32,000 nt of DNA, taken from positions 4,710,001-4,742,000 of the forward strand of contig NZ_LN831039.1 in assembly GCF_001457595.1 (NCBI RefSeq). The letters are read 5' to 3'. A program made the position numbers and the translations under genes. Positions 1 to 10,051 of the stretch are shown in pieces; within the stretch, counting starts at the first letter, position 1, and every line of letters begins with the position of its first letter. The stretch comes from Mycolicibacterium smegmatis. Lineage in GTDB: Bacteria; Actinomycetota; Actinomycetes; Mycobacteriales; Mycobacteriaceae. Under the pieces are notes generated by a model that worked only from the letters and a program-made list of their open reading frames with translations, was not told the origin of the DNA and did no database searches.

Positions 1-59
1 GCGAAAGTTCTGTCGAGAACTCCGGCAGCTTCACATCCACGGAAAAAGTCCTCGGAGTC

Positions 60-326
60 TCAGGCCTCCGGCCGCGCAACCGGGACGATGTTGACCGTCT
101 TGCGGCCACGCTTGGCGCCGAACTCCACGGCGCCGGGAGCCAGGGCGAACAGGGTGTCGTCGCCACCGCGGCCGACGTTGACGCCCGGGTGGAAGTGGGT
201 GCCGCGCTGACGGACGAGGATCTCGCCTGCCTTCACGACCTGACCACCGAACCGCTTGACGCCGAGTCGCTGTGCTGCTGAGTCGCGACCGTTGCGAGAG
301 CTGGAAGCGCCCTTCTTGTGTGCCAT
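60..326 (-). CDS. rpmA: 50S ribosomal protein bL27
   Basis: 88-aa ORF starting [28 protein letters not shown], the canonical L27 N-terminus. AGGAGG (336-341) lies 9 nt upstream of ATG 326. Starts 16 nt after the rplU stop. Confidence 0.97.
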
Positions 327-342
327 GTCGAAACGCCTCCTA

Positions 343-654
343 CTACTTGATGCCCGTGACCTTGAGCACCGTCAGCTGCTGACGGTGACCCTGGCGCTTG
401 TGGTAGCCGGTCTTGTTCTTGAACTTGTGAATGCGGATCTTGGGGCCCTTGGTGTGCTCCAGCACCTCAGCGGTGACCGCGACCTTGGCCAGGTCGTCGG
501 CCTTGCTGGTGACGTTGGCGCCGTCGACCACCAGGGCGACGGGCAGCGACACCGACGCGCCGGGCTCGGAGTCGAGCTTCTCAACCTTCACCACGTCGCC
601 GGCGGCAACCTTGTACTGCTTGCCGCCGGTCTTGACGATTGCGTATGTCGCCAT
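343..654 (-). CDS. rplU: 50S ribosomal protein bL21
   Basis: ORF 343..771 trimmed to ATG 654 ([27 protein letters not shown], conserved L21 N-terminus, 103 aa). The 39 residues upstream are R/P-rich and look non-coding. AGAGGA precedes the ATG. Confidence 0.95.
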
Positions 655-770
655 CGTGTCCTCTGCTCTGCGGGCGCACGTCACCAGGCGGTGTGTGCGC
701 GGGTCTTGGGTGGCGGGAGGTGGTCCCACCGGCCGCCGGCCTGACCACAGGCTCTGGCGACAACTGGTCA

Positions 771-800
771 AGGGTACGTGACCAGCGGGTAGAGGGTCAA
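771..800 (-). promoter_or_regulatory. candidate SigA-type promoter for rplU-rpmA
   Basis: Minus-strand TTGACC (800-795), 18 nt, TACCCT (776-771). Fits TTGACA / TANNNT and would give a ~110-nt leader. Pattern match by eye only. Confidence 0.3.
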
Positions 801-842
801 ACTGGCCCCCCTGGATCTCGCCTGAGACACCGTGATGCTCGT

Positions 843-3800
843 CTAGTCGTGGCTGGGCGGCCCCGCCGGACGTGCCGCGGCCCGGCGGCGCACCCGTGCG
901 CGCGGCGCCGTCACCGGCGGCTCGTAGACCTCCCGGACCGGCTCTTCGTCCTCATCCGAGTCCGAGTCCTCGTCTTCGTCGGAGTCGTCGTCGGAGTCAT
1001 CCGAGTCGTCGTCTTCGTCGGAGTCGTCGGAGTCGTCGGAGTCATCGGAGTCGCCGATCACCTCGATGTCCTCGTCGAGTTCGTCCTCGTCGTCGTCGAG
1101 TTCGATCTCGTCCTCGTCCGACTCGTCGTCGGATTCCTCGTCGGAATCCAGGTCCGAATCCTCATCCGAGTCGTCGAGGTCCTCGTCGCCCGCAGCCCCG
1201 ACGGCCGCGGTCACGACGTGGGCGCGCTCGTCGGCGTCGTGCTCGTCGCGCGTGTCGTCCCGGACCTCGGCCGCGGTGGTGTCCTCGGCGGTCTCGTGGT
1301 CCTCGTGGTCCTCGTGGTCCTCGTCGCCTTCGTGCTTGCCGTTGGCAGCCGCCATGGCCTTGAACATCGGATGCTCACCCGGCGTGTGGTCCGGGACCTT
1401 CGCGACGTGCACCTCTTCGGTGCGGGCGGCGCCCTTCTTCCCGCGCTTGCCGCGCCGGCCACCACCGCTGCCACCGCCGCCGCTCGAGTCGGACTTGCGC
1501 CCGCCGTTGGACGACGCGGAGTCGATGGGATCGCCGTGCAGGACGATGCCGCGCCCACCGCAGTGCGTGCACGCCGTCGAGAACGCCTCGACCAACCCGG
1601 TGCCCAGGCGCTTACGCGTGAGCTGCACCAACCCCAGCGAGGTCACCTCGGACACCTGGTGCCGCGTGCGGTCCCGCGCGAGCGCCTCGGTCAGGCGGCG
1701 CAGCACCAGATCGCGGTTGGATTCCAGGACCATGTCGATGAAGTCGATGACGACGATGCCGCCGATGTCGCGCAGCCGCAGCTGCCGCACGATCTCCTCG
1801 GCGGCCTCCAGGTTGTTGCGCGTCACGGTCTGCTCGAGGTTGCCGCCCGACCCGGTGAACTTGCCGGTGTTGACGTCGACGACGGTCATGGCCTCGGTGC
1901 GGTCGATCACCAGGGTGCCGCCCGAGGGCAGCCACACCTTGCGGTCCATGGCCTTCGCGAGCTGCTCGTCGATGCGGTGCACCGCGAACACGTCGGGTGC
2001 GTCGGGTCCCGCGGGCTCGTACTTGGTGAGCCGTGGCATGAGGTCGGGCGCGACGGCCTCTACGTAGGAGTTGATGGTGTTCCAGGCCTCGTCGCCGGAG
2101 ACGATCAGGCTGGAGAAGTCCTCGTTGAACAGGTCGCGGATCACCTTGACCAGCACGTCGGGCTCTTCGTAGAGCGCCACGGCGGCGCCGGCCTTCTTCT
2201 CGGTGACCTCGGCGGCCTTGGCCTCGATCTCGGACCAGCGCTTCTGGAGCCGTTCGACGTCGGAGCGGATGTCCTCTTCCTTGACGCCCTCCGAGGCCGT
2301 GCGGATGATCACGCCTGCATCAGACGGAACCACCTCACGCAGGATCTCCTTGAGACGCTGACGCTCGGTGTCGGGAAGCTTGCGGCTGATGCCGGTGGAC
2401 GACGCGCCGGGCACGTACACCAGATAGCGGCCGGCCAGCGACACCTGCGTGGTGAGGCGGGCGCCCTTGTGGCCGACGGGGTCCTTGCTGACCTGCACGA
2501 CGACGTAGTCGCCCGGCTTGAGCGCCTGCTCGATCTTACGGTTCTGCCCGCCCAGACCGGCAGCCTCCCAGTTCACCTCACCGGCGTAGAGCACGCCGTT
2601 GCGGCCGCGGCCGATGTCGACGAACGCGGCCTCCATGGACGGCAGCACGTTCTGGACGATGCCCAGGTAGATGTTGCCCACCAGCGAAGCAGAGGCCGCC
2701 GACGTCACGAAGTGCTCGACCACCACGCCGTCTTCGAGCACGGCGATCTGCGTGTAGCGCGCACCCTCGTGCGGCGGTTCGGTGCGCACCTTGTCGCGCA
2801 CGATCATGGTGCGTTCGACGGCCTCGCGGCGGGCCAGGAACTCGGCCTCGCTCAGGATCGGCGGGCGGCGGCGGCCGGCGTCGCGGCCGTCGCGCCGACG
2901 CTGACGCTTGGCCTCCAGCCGCGTGGAGCCGCTGATGCCCTGGATCTCGGAGTCGTCGCTCTTGTCGCTGCGCTCGGTCCGCGGGGCGCGCTCGTGGACG
3001 ACGGTGTTCGGCGGGTCGTCAGGCGAGACGGCGTCGTCGCTGTCGCCCGAGCCGCTCTTGCGCCGCCTGCGGCGACGGCGCCTGCGGGTGCCGCCCTCGG
3101 TGGTGGTGCTGTCCTCGTCGCCGCTGTCGTCGGAGTCCTCGGAGTCCTCACCTGACTCCTGCTCGTCACCGTCGGTCTGATCGTCGGTGGAGTCGGTGTC
3201 GGCGTCCGATGTGGCGTCGTCGTTCTGCTCGCCACGGCCACGCCCTCGTCCGCGACGGCCACGGCGGCGCCGGCGCGGCCGGTCGGCCTGGTCGTCGTCG
3301 GAGTCGGAGTCGGCCCCGGAATCGAAATCGGATTCGGCACCGGTCTCGGTGTCGTCGTCCTCGTCCTCGTCGTCGACGACGGCGGGCTCGAAGCTCACGG
3401 GCTGCGGCGCCACGAACAGCGGCAGGTAGTCGGGGCGCTCGGTCTGCGTCTCGCGGGCCGGCGGGATGTTGGCGTGCTCCAGGATGAGCCGCGACTCGGG
3501 TTCGTCACCCACGAGGACTGCGCCGCGGAACGTGGGCTCCGGGGTCTCGGCTTCGTCCGCGACCTCGGTTTCGGCCTCGGCTTCGGCCTCGGCTGCGGGA
3601 GCTTCGGGTTCGGCAGGTTCGGCAGGCCCGGCCTCGGAGACCGTCACGACCTCGACCTGCTCGGCTTGCACCACGACCAGATCGGCCACGGGCGTCTCCG
3701 CCGCGGGCGCTTCTGCTGCGGGCGCTTCTTCGGGGGCGTCTCCGCTGCGGGGGACTCGGTGAGCGCCGCGCGGACCCGCTCGGCGTCGGCCTTGTCGACC

Positions 3801-3970
3801 GTCGAATGGGCGCTGCGCTGGCGCCCGTCGAACTCGGCCAGGGCGTCGAGCACGCGCCGACTGGTGGTGCCCAGGACACGGGCCAGTGAATGGACTCTCA
3901 GACGCTCTGGGAGTCCCTCCTGCTGGGGAGTCTGGGTTGATAGGTCTTCGGTATGGGCATCTTCGGCCAC
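843..3970 (-). CDS. rne: ribonuclease E (Rne), reading frame interrupted by an apparent 1-nt frameshift near 3731-3739
   Basis: S1 domain ([35 protein letters not shown]), catalytic core ([11 protein letters not shown]) and Zn-link CTHCGGRG lie in the frame of ORF 843..4172. The conserved mycobacterial N-terminus ([21 protein letters not shown]) lies in ORF 3644..3970, with GAGGAG (3976-3981) 5 nt before GTG 3970. The span is not a multiple of 3. Confidence 0.9.
942..1187 (-). repeat. imperfect trinucleotide/39-45-nt tandem repeats encoding the hyper-acidic D/E/S tail of RNase E
   Basis: About 82 consecutive codons are almost all D/E/S ([37 protein letters not shown]). The near-duplicated unit cgtcttcgtcggagtcgtcg..ggagtcatc starts at 971 and again at 1010. 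Confidence 0.7.
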
Positions 3971-3992
3971 GAATTCTCCTCAAGCCCCCGGG

Positions 3993-4008
3993 CGCGTCGT
4001 ACGACGCG
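3993..4008 (-). promoter_or_regulatory. perfect 16-nt palindrome / hairpin in the rne 5' leader
   Basis: CGCGTCGTACGACGCG forms a 6-bp GC stem with a GUAC loop. It sits 23-38 nt upstream of the rne GTG, just 5' of the SD. Confidence 0.35.
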
Positions 4009-4270
4009 GCCACGCGAGGGCTTCCGCTATTGGCCCGGGCTACGTTCCCCGGACTTGTTGTGGTCTCGCTCCGAGCGGTCCGCTGTCGAACCCACCCGGT
4101 GCCTGGCTGAATGATGGCTGGACGGTCGGCGCCGCACCGGTTTGCGGTGGTCGCGCACGTCGAAGTCTTCATTCGGGTGCTCAGCCCCGGTTGAGGCCGC
4201 TCACCCGCACCCAGTATCCCACATCACTGGCGTCCGACCGACCAGACTGCGAATAGCCCTCGTATCGAGA

Positions 4271-4319
4271 CCGCAAAACGGCCCCGGAGGCGGTCCGCTG
4301 ACCGGCTCCGGGGCCGTTT
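4271..4319 (-). terminator. intrinsic terminator downstream of ndk
   Basis: 14-bp perfect stem AAACGGCCCCGGAG (4276-4289) / CTCCGGGGCCGTTT (4306-4319) with a 16-nt loop. On the minus strand it is followed by TTTTG. Begins ~50 nt after the ndk stop. Confidence 0.6.
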
Positions 4320-4367
4320 CGGAAGTGGATCTGGACTTGGATTTGTCGTGGATTCAGGCCGCCAGGA

Positions 4368-4787
4368 TCAGGCGGTGGCCTCGCCGGGGAACCACAGGGC
4401 GATCTCGCGGGCCGCCGACTCGGGCGAATCGGAACCGTGCACGAGATTGTCCTGCGTGATGAGGGCGAAGTCACCGCGGATGGTGCCGGGGACGGCCTTC
4501 TCGACCGGATCGGTGCCGCCCGCGATCTGACGGAACGCCGCCACCGCGCGCGGGCCCTCGACGATCGCCGCGACGAGCGGGCCCGACGTGATGAACTCGA
4601 GCAGGGATCCGAAGAACGGCTTGTCGGCGTGCTCGGCGTAGTGCTGACGCGCGAGGTCGTCGCTGACGTTCTTGAGCTCGAGGGCGGCCAGTGTCAGGCC
4701 CTTGCGTTCGATCCGGCTGAGGATCTCCCCCACGAGTTGGCGCTTCACACCGTCCGGCTTGATAAGTACGAGGGTCCGCTCAGTCAC
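4368..4787 (-). CDS. ndk: nucleoside diphosphate kinase
   Basis: 139 aa, (V)[30 protein letters not shown] ... NLVHGSDS, a full-length Ndk signature. GTG start at 4787. Confidence 0.97.
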   Translation of the reverse strand: MTERTLVLIKPDGVKRQLVGEILSRIERKGLTLAALELKNVSDDLARQHYAEHADKPFFGSLLEFITSGPLVAAIVEGPRAVAAFRQIAGGTDPVEKAVPGTIRGDFALITQDNLVHGSDSPESAAREIALWFPGEATA

Positions 4788-4800
4788 GGCAGAGAGCGTA
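4787..4800 (-). promoter_or_regulatory. candidate -10 element giving leaderless ndk mRNA
   Basis: Minus-strand TACGCT (4800-4795, TANNNT), 7 nt, then GTG start 4787. No SD in between. TTCGCGAA palindrome at 4818-4825 in the -35 zone. Confidence 0.4.
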
Positions 4801-4872
4801 CCGGGCGGTAACGAATTTTCGCGAATATGCCCCCGAGCTGGCTTTTTGAACCGGGCGCCGGCTGGTTGCCGC

Positions 4873-5277
4873 CTATTCGGCGGGGCGTTGCTGCCCGGGG
4901 AGCAGGCCCCGCTCCTGCCTGCGCTTGACCTCGTGGCGCAGGTAGACGATCAGCAGCCACACCACCAGGAACACCACGCCGATGAAGCCGATGCCCCCGT
5001 GGAACACCGCACCGGCGATCACGGGCACCTGCATCCCCAGGTTTGCCCACAGCGCCCACGGCCTGCCCTGCACGCCGCACATGAGGATCAGCACGACCGC
5101 GAGCCCGATCAGGTAGCCGCCCGCGGCCGCCGACAGTCCACCGACCGCCACGACCGGCAAGGCGAGCAGCACCACGATGGCCTCCAGGATGAGGCATGCC
5201 GCCATGACGCCGCGGAAGCTCTTCCAGGGATCCTTCGCGGGTGCCGGCTCGTTGTCGGGTGCTTGGTTCTCACTCAT
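4873..5277 (-). CDS. DUF4233-family integral membrane protein (Rv2446c-like)
   Basis: 134 aa with 3-4 hydrophobic helices ([51 protein letters not shown]). The ATG overlaps the folC stop (ATGA at 5274-5277). Same position as in M. tuberculosis synteny. Confidence 0.85.
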   Translation of the reverse strand: MSENQAPDNEPAPAKDPWKSFRGVMAACLILEAIVVLLALPVVAVGGLSAAAGGYLIGLAVVLILMCGVQGRPWALWANLGMQVPVIAGAVFHGGIGFIGVVFLVVWLLIVYLRHEVKRRQERGLLPGQQRPAE

Positions 5278-6683
5278 TGCGGATCCCGTCCGAAGAGGGT
5301 TCTGGCCGCGCCCGCGGTCACCACCGAACCGGTGATGACCATGCCCGCGCCGGACATCGAGTCGGACTCGGCGCCGGCTTCCTCGACGAGGGCCGTCGCG
5401 GTCTCGATGGCGTCGGGCAGGGTCGTGGCGGTGATCACGCGTTCAGGGCCGAAGCGTTCCTCGGCGCGCATCGCCAGCGATTCGACGTCGAGGGCGCGCG
5501 GCGAGCCGTTGTGCGTGACCACGATCTGGTCGAACGCGGGTTCCAGCGCGGTGAGGATGCCGTCGACGTCCTTGTCACCCATCACCGACACCACACCCAC
5601 CAGATGGCGGAAGTCGAACTCCTCCTGCAGGGTCTGCGCGAGAGCGGCGGCACCGGCCGGGTTGTGCGCGGCATCGATGAACACCGTTGGCGCGCTGCGC
5701 ATCCGTTCCATCCGGCCGGGGCTGCGCACGGCCGCGAACCCGGCGCGCACGGCCTCGACGTCGAGCTGACGGTCGGCCCCGGCGCCGAAGAACGCCTCGA
5801 CCGCGGCCAGCGCGAGGACCGCGTTGTGCGCCTGATGCTCGCCGTGCAGCGGCAGGAAGATCTCGGGGTACACGCCACCGAGGCCCTGCAATTCCAGCAG
5901 TTGACCGCCGATGGCGACCTGCCTCCCCAGCACCGCGAACTCGGAATCCTCGCGGGCCACCGCGGCGTCGGCGCGTACGGCCTCGGCCAGCAGCACCTCC
6001 ATGGCGGCGGGGTCCTGCTTCCCGATCACCGCGACGGTGTCGGTGGGCACCAGGTCTTCGGGCTGGCGGGTGATGATGCCCGCCTTCTCCCCCGCGATCG
6101 CGTCGATCGTGTCGCCCAGGTAGTCGGTGTGGTCCAGGCCGATCGGGGTGATCACCGCGACCGGGGCGTTGACGACGTTGGTCGCGTCCCAGCGCCCGCC
6201 CATGCCGACCTCGACGACCGCGACGTCGATCGGCGCATCGGCGAACGCCGCGAAGGCCATCGCCGTGAGCACCTCGAACTTGCTCATCTTGGGGCCGCCT
6301 GCAGCCTCGGACTGCTGGTCGACCAGCTGCACGAACGGTTCGATCTCGGTGTAGGTGGCCACGTACTGCGCGGGCGAGATCGGTTTGCCGTCAATGGATA
6401 TTCGTTCGACGGCCGACTGCAGGTGCGGGCTGGTGGTGCGCCCGGTCCTGCGGTGCAGCGCCATGAGCAACGCGTCGATGATGCGGCACACCGAGGTCTT
6501 GCCGTTGGTGCCCGCGACGTGGATCGACGGGTACGCGCGCTGCGGTGACCCGAGCAGTTCGAGCAACGCCGCGATGCGTGTGGTGCTCGGCTCCAGTTTG
6601 GTCTCCGGCCACCGCTGGTCGAGGAGGTGCTCGACCTGCAGCAGCGCGGCGACCTCGTCCGGCGCTGGGACCGGATCGGTCAT
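5274..6683 (-). CDS. folC: bifunctional folylpolyglutamate synthase / dihydrofolate synthase
   Basis: 469 aa with the Mur-ligase P-loop [11 protein letters not shown] and FolC-like domains. The ATG overlaps the valS stop (ATGA at 6680-6683). Confidence 0.93.
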   Translation of the reverse strand: MTDPVPAPDEVAALLQVEHLLDQRWPETKLEPSTTRIAALLELLGSPQRAYPSIHVAGTNGKTSVCRIIDALLMALHRRTGRTTSPHLQSAVERISIDGKPISPAQYVATYTEIEPFVQLVDQQSEAAGGPKMSKFEVLTAMAFAAFADAPIDVAVVEVGMGGRWDATNVVNAPVAVITPIGLDHTDYLGDTIDAIAGEKAGIITRQPEDLVPTDTVAVIGKQDPAAMEVLLAEAVRADAAVAREDSEFAVLGRQVAIGGQLLELQGLGGVYPEIFLPLHGEHQAHNAVLALAAVEAFFGAGADRQLDVEAVRAGFAAVRSPGRMERMRSAPTVFIDAAHNPAGAAALAQTLQEEFDFRHLVGVVSVMGDKDVDGILTALEPAFDQIVVTHNGSPRALDVESLAMRAEERFGPERVITATTLPDAIETATALVEEAGAESDSMSGAGMVITGSVVTAGAARTLFGRDPQ

Positions 6684-9331
6684 TTGAGGCCAGCCAGGCG
6701 CGCGGTGATGCGTTCGACCTCTTCACTGGCCAGGGCTTGCCTGCCCCGGATCTTGTCGACCACCTGGGCGGGCGCCTTGGACAGGAAGGCCTCGTTGCCG
6801 AGTTTGGCCGTGGTGGTGGCCAGTTCCTTCTGGGCGACCGCCAGATCCTTTTCGAGCCTGCGCCGTTCGGCCTCGACGTCGACAGTGCCCGACGTGTCGA
6901 CCTCGACCACGACGGTGCCCTGTGACAGGCGCACCTCGACCGACGCCGACGGGCTGAACCCGTCGCCGGCCTCGGTGAGCCACGCGAGCGCGGCGACGGC
7001 GGGCAGCTGCGCGGTCAAACCGGCCGCCTCGACGTCGGTGAGCCGCGCAGGCACCTTCTGGCGGTCGGCCAGGCCCTGGTCGCTGCGGAACCGGCGCACC
7101 TCGGTGATGAGCTTCTGCATATCGGTGATGCGTTGTGTCGCAACGGTGTCCAGCGCGAACCCGGAGGGCTCGGGCCACGTCGCGACCACCACCGACTCAC
7201 CGCCGGTGAGCGTCTTCCACAGGGTCTCCGTGACGAACGGCATCACCGGGTGCAAAAGCTTGAGCAACGTGTCGAGCACGGCCGCGAGCACCGCAGTAGT
7301 ATGCGTGAGACCTTGTCCCAGTTGCACTTTCGCGAGCTCCACGTACCAGTCGCAGAACTCGTCCCAGGCGAAGTGGTACAGCGCCTCGCAGGCCCGGTTG
7401 AACTCGTAGTTGTCGAAGGCCGAATCAACCTCGGCGCGAACCTCTTCCAGCCGGCCCAGGATCCAGCGGTCGGCGTCGGTGAGCTCGGACGCGGCAGGCA
7501 GCGGCGCCGGTGCAGCGCCGTTCATCAACGCGAACCGGGTCGCGTTGAACAACTTGGTGGCGAAGTTGCGGGAGGCGCGTGCGTGGTCCTCGCCGATCGA
7601 CAGGTCACCGCCGGGGCTCGCGCCGCGCGCCAGGGTGAACCGCAGTGCGTCGGCGCCGAACTTCTCGACCCAGTCCAGCGGGTCGATGCCGTTGCCGCGC
7701 GATTTGCTCATCTTGCGGCCGAACTCGTCGCGGATCAGGCCGTGCAGGAAGACGTTCTCGAACGGCACCTGCCTGCCGCGCGCACCTTCGAGGGTGACCG
7801 CGGGGTCGTCGCCCACGAACGTGCCGAACATCATCATCCGGGCCACCCAGAAGAACAGGATGTCGTAGCCCGTCACCAGCACCGAGGTGGGATAGAACTT
7901 GGCCAGCTCAGGCGTGTGGTCGGGCCAGCCCATGGTCGAGAAGGGCCACAGCGCCGAGGAGAACCACGTGTCGAGGACGTCGGGATCCTGCTCCCAGCCC
8001 TCCGGCGGGGTCTCGTCCGGGCCGACGCACACGGTCTCCCCATCGGGACCGTGCCAGATCGGGATCCGGTGTCCCCACCACAACTGCCGCGAGATGCACC
8101 AATCGTGCATGTTGTCGACCCACGCGAACCAGCGCGGCTCCAGGCTCGGCGGGTGGATCACGGTGTCGCCGTTGCGCACCGCGTCACCCGCGGCCTTGGC
8201 GAGCGACTCGACCTTGACCCACCACTGCAGGCTCAGGCGCGGCTCGATGGGCTCGCCGCTGCGTTCGGAGTGCCCGACGCTGTGCAGGTACGGGCGCTTC
8301 TCGGCGACGATGCGCCCCTGCGCGGCGAGCGCCTCGCGCACCTTGACGCGGGCTTCGAAGCGGTCCATGCCGTCGAACTGCGTGCCGGTGTCGGCGATGC
8401 GGCCCTTGGTATCCATGATCGTCGGCATCGGCAGGCCGTGGCGCATGCCGATCTCGAAGTCGTTCGGATCGTGTGCCGGCGTGACTTTCACTGCGCCGGT
8501 GCCGAATTCGGGATCGACGTGGGTGTCGGCGACGATCACCATGTCACGGTCGACGAACGGGTGCGGCAGGGTCTTGCCCACCAGGTGCCGGTACCGCTCG
8601 TCGTCGGGGTGCACCGCGATGGCGGTGTCGCCAAGCATGGTCTCCACACGGGTGGTGGCCACCACGATGTGCGGTTCGTCGTCGTTCATCGAGCCGTAGC
8701 GGAACGACACGAGCTCGCCCTCGACGTCTTCGTACTTGACCTCGAGGTCGCTGATCGCGGTCTCGAGCACCGGCGACCAGTTGACCAGCCGCTCGGCCTG
8801 ATAGATCAGCCCGGCGTCGAACAGCCGCTTGAAGATCGTGCGCACGGCGCGCGACAGACCTTCGTCCATGGTGAAGCGGTCACGGCTCCAGTCGACACCG
8901 TCGCCGAGGCGGCGCATCTGTCCGCCGATGGTGCCGCCGGACTCGCGCTTCCAGTCCCACACCTTGGCGACGAACTCCTCGCGGCCGAGGTCTTCCTTGG
9001 TCTTGCCGTCGGCGGCGAGCTGCTTCTCCACGACGGTTTGCGTCGCGATGCCGGCATGGTCCATACCCGGCAGCCACAGCACCTCGTAGCCCTGCATGCG
9101 CTTGCGGCGGGTCAGCACGTCCATCAGCGTGTGGTCGAGCGCGTGGCCCATGTGCAGGCTGCCGGTGACGTTGGGCGGTGGCAGCACGATCGAGTAGGGC
9201 GGCTTGTCGCTCGCGGGATCGGCGGTGAAGTATCCGGCGTCGACCCAGCCCTGGTACAGCTCGGCTTCTACCGCGCCCGGATCCCAGGACTTCGGGAGGG
9301 CATCGGCACGGTTCTCAGGACTGGCGGTCAC
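6680..9331 (-). CDS. valS: valine--tRNA ligase
   Basis: 883 aa with class I HIGH ([13 protein letters not shown]) and KMSKS ([10 protein letters not shown]) motifs and a C-terminal coiled coil. GTG start at 9331. Confidence 0.98.
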   Translation of the reverse strand: MTASPENRADALPKSWDPGAVEAELYQGWVDAGYFTADPASDKPPYSIVLPPPNVTGSLHMGHALDHTLMDVLTRRKRMQGYEVLWLPGMDHAGIATQTVVEKQLAADGKTKEDLGREEFVAKVWDWKRESGGTIGGQMRRLGDGVDWSRDRFTMDEGLSRAVRTIFKRLFDAGLIYQAERLVNWSPVLETAISDLEVKYEDVEGELVSFRYGSMNDDEPHIVVATTRVETMLGDTAIAVHPDDERYRHLVGKTLPHPFVDRDMVIVADTHVDPEFGTGAVKVTPAHDPNDFEIGMRHGLPMPTIMDTKGRIADTGTQFDGMDRFEARVKVREALAAQGRIVAEKRPYLHSVGHSERSGEPIEPRLSLQWWVKVESLAKAAGDAVRNGDTVIHPPSLEPRWFAWVDNMHDWCISRQLWWGHRIPIWHGPDGETVCVGPDETPPEGWEQDPDVLDTWFSSALWPFSTMGWPDHTPELAKFYPTSVLVTGYDILFFWVARMMMFGTFVGDDPAVTLEGARGRQVPFENVFLHGLIRDEFGRKMSKSRGNGIDPLDWVEKFGADALRFTLARGASPGGDLSIGEDHARASRNFATKLFNATRFALMNGAAPAPLPAASELTDADRWILGRLEEVRAEVDSAFDNYEFNRACEALYHFAWDEFCDWYVELAKVQLGQGLTHTTAVLAAVLDTLLKLLHPVMPFVTETLWKTLTGGESVVVATWPEPSGFALDTVATQRITDMQKLITEVRRFRSDQGLADRQKVPARLTDVEAAGLTAQLPAVAALAWLTEAGDGFSPSASVEVRLSQGTVVVEVDTSGTVDVEAERRRLEKDLAVAQKELATTTAKLGNEAFLSKAPAQVVDKIRGRQALASEEVERITARLAGLK

Positions 9332-9343
9332 CGCGCCATTCTA
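9331..9343 (-). promoter_or_regulatory. candidate -10 element giving leaderless valS mRNA
   Basis: Minus-strand TAGAAT (9343-9338), 6 nt (ggcgcg), then GTG 9331. No SD is possible in that spacing. Confidence 0.45.
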
Positions 9344-9367
9344 TGAAGAGCGGGGGCCGATGAGCGA

Positions 9368-9409
9368 AAGCCCCCGTCGCCCGAGCGTTCGCTGGGTAAC
9401 AGGGGGCTT
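9368..9409 (-). terminator. stem-loop between the DUF937 gene and valS (possible terminator/insulator)
   Basis: AAGCCCCC (9368-9375) pairs with GGGGGCTT (9402-9409), an 8-bp stem with a 26-nt loop. There is no clear U-tail, hence low confidence. Confidence 0.3.
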
Positions 9410-9436
9410 CCGAGATGACGCGAAAAGTGATGCGGG

Positions 9437-10051
9437 CTACTTCTTGCCGCCGAGCAGACCGCCGAGGATCTCACCGATGGCATTGCCCTGACCGCCGCCG
9501 AGCACGCTGCCGAGGATGCTGCCCAGCGGGTTGTTGTTGGCGCTCTGGTTGGCCTGCTGGCCGCCGGAAGCCATACCGCCGAGGATGCTGCCGAGGATGT
9601 CGGCCAGGCCGCCGCCGGACGCCTGCTGCTGCGCCGGGGCGTTCTGCTGCGAGAACTGCTTGCCGATGTAGGCGAGCACGATCGGCGCGAGGATCGGCAG
9701 GACCTTCTTGATCAGGTCGCCGTTGCCCGCGCCGGTTCCAGCCAGCGCGGAGGCGACGGCGTTGCTGTCGTTGCCGCCGAACAGGTGGGCCACGAGGTTG
9801 TCGCCCTGCTTCTCGTCGACGTCGTCGACGTTGACGCCGCCGTCGAGCAGACCGCTGGCGGCCTGCTCGGTGACCGCGGACTCCAGCGGAGCCGAGTCGA
9901 TGTCATCGGCGGCGACGTTCTGCTGCAGACCGCCGACGAGCGCGGGAACCAGGGTCTTGATGGCCGCGGTCACCTCGCCTTCGTCTGCTCCGACTTTGTT
10001 GGCGATGTCCGCCACCGGGATCTGGGCGAACAGTTCGTCGAGACCGGCCAT
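9437..10051 (-). CDS. DUF937-family protein with C-terminal Gly/Leu-rich repeats
   Basis: ORF 9437..10111 trimmed to ATG 10051 (MAGLDELFAQIPVADIANKVG), which has GAAGGTGG 8 nt upstream. The C-terminus repeats LGSILGG-type motifs four times. Confidence 0.8.
   Translation of the reverse strand: MAGLDELFAQIPVADIANKVGADEGEVTAAIKTLVPALVGGLQQNVAADDIDSAPLESAVTEQAASGLLDGGVNVDDVDEKQGDNLVAHLFGGNDSNAVASALAGTGAGNGDLIKKVLPILAPIVLAYIGKQFSQQNAPAQQQASGGGLADILGSILGGMASGGQQANQSANNNPLGSILGSVLGGGQGNAIGEILGGLLGGKK

Noticed and set aside
1-59. Possible start of the next minus-strand gene (obg is expected after rpmA by synteny). GTG at 35..33 reads V-K-L-P-E-F-S-T-E-L-S.
   Set aside because: Only ~11 codons are visible, and they do not match the Obg N-terminus I recall (MPRFVDRVV...). 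Too little sequence to support a call.
942-1187. Regular short repeats that might suggest a CRISPR array or a VNTR/minisatellite locus.
   Set aside because: The repeats are in frame within rne, encode D/E/S codons, have no spacer/repeat alternation and no adjacent cas genes. They are treated as coding low-complexity repeats.
639-3155. Very long ORFs antisense to or out of frame with the assigned genes. Examples: 639..3155 +, 5241..6548 +, 7133..9346 +, 9785..11497 +, 11733..12983 +, 13450..14889 -, 17944..19581 +, 23080..24840 +, 26136..27092 +, 28253..29164 -, 29632..30543 -, 31079..31855 -.
   Set aside because: These are typical high-GC shadow ORFs. Their translations are dominated by R/G/P/A/H/D runs with no recognisable motifs. 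Each fully overlaps a gene whose product has clear family signatures and a sensible SD or coupling.
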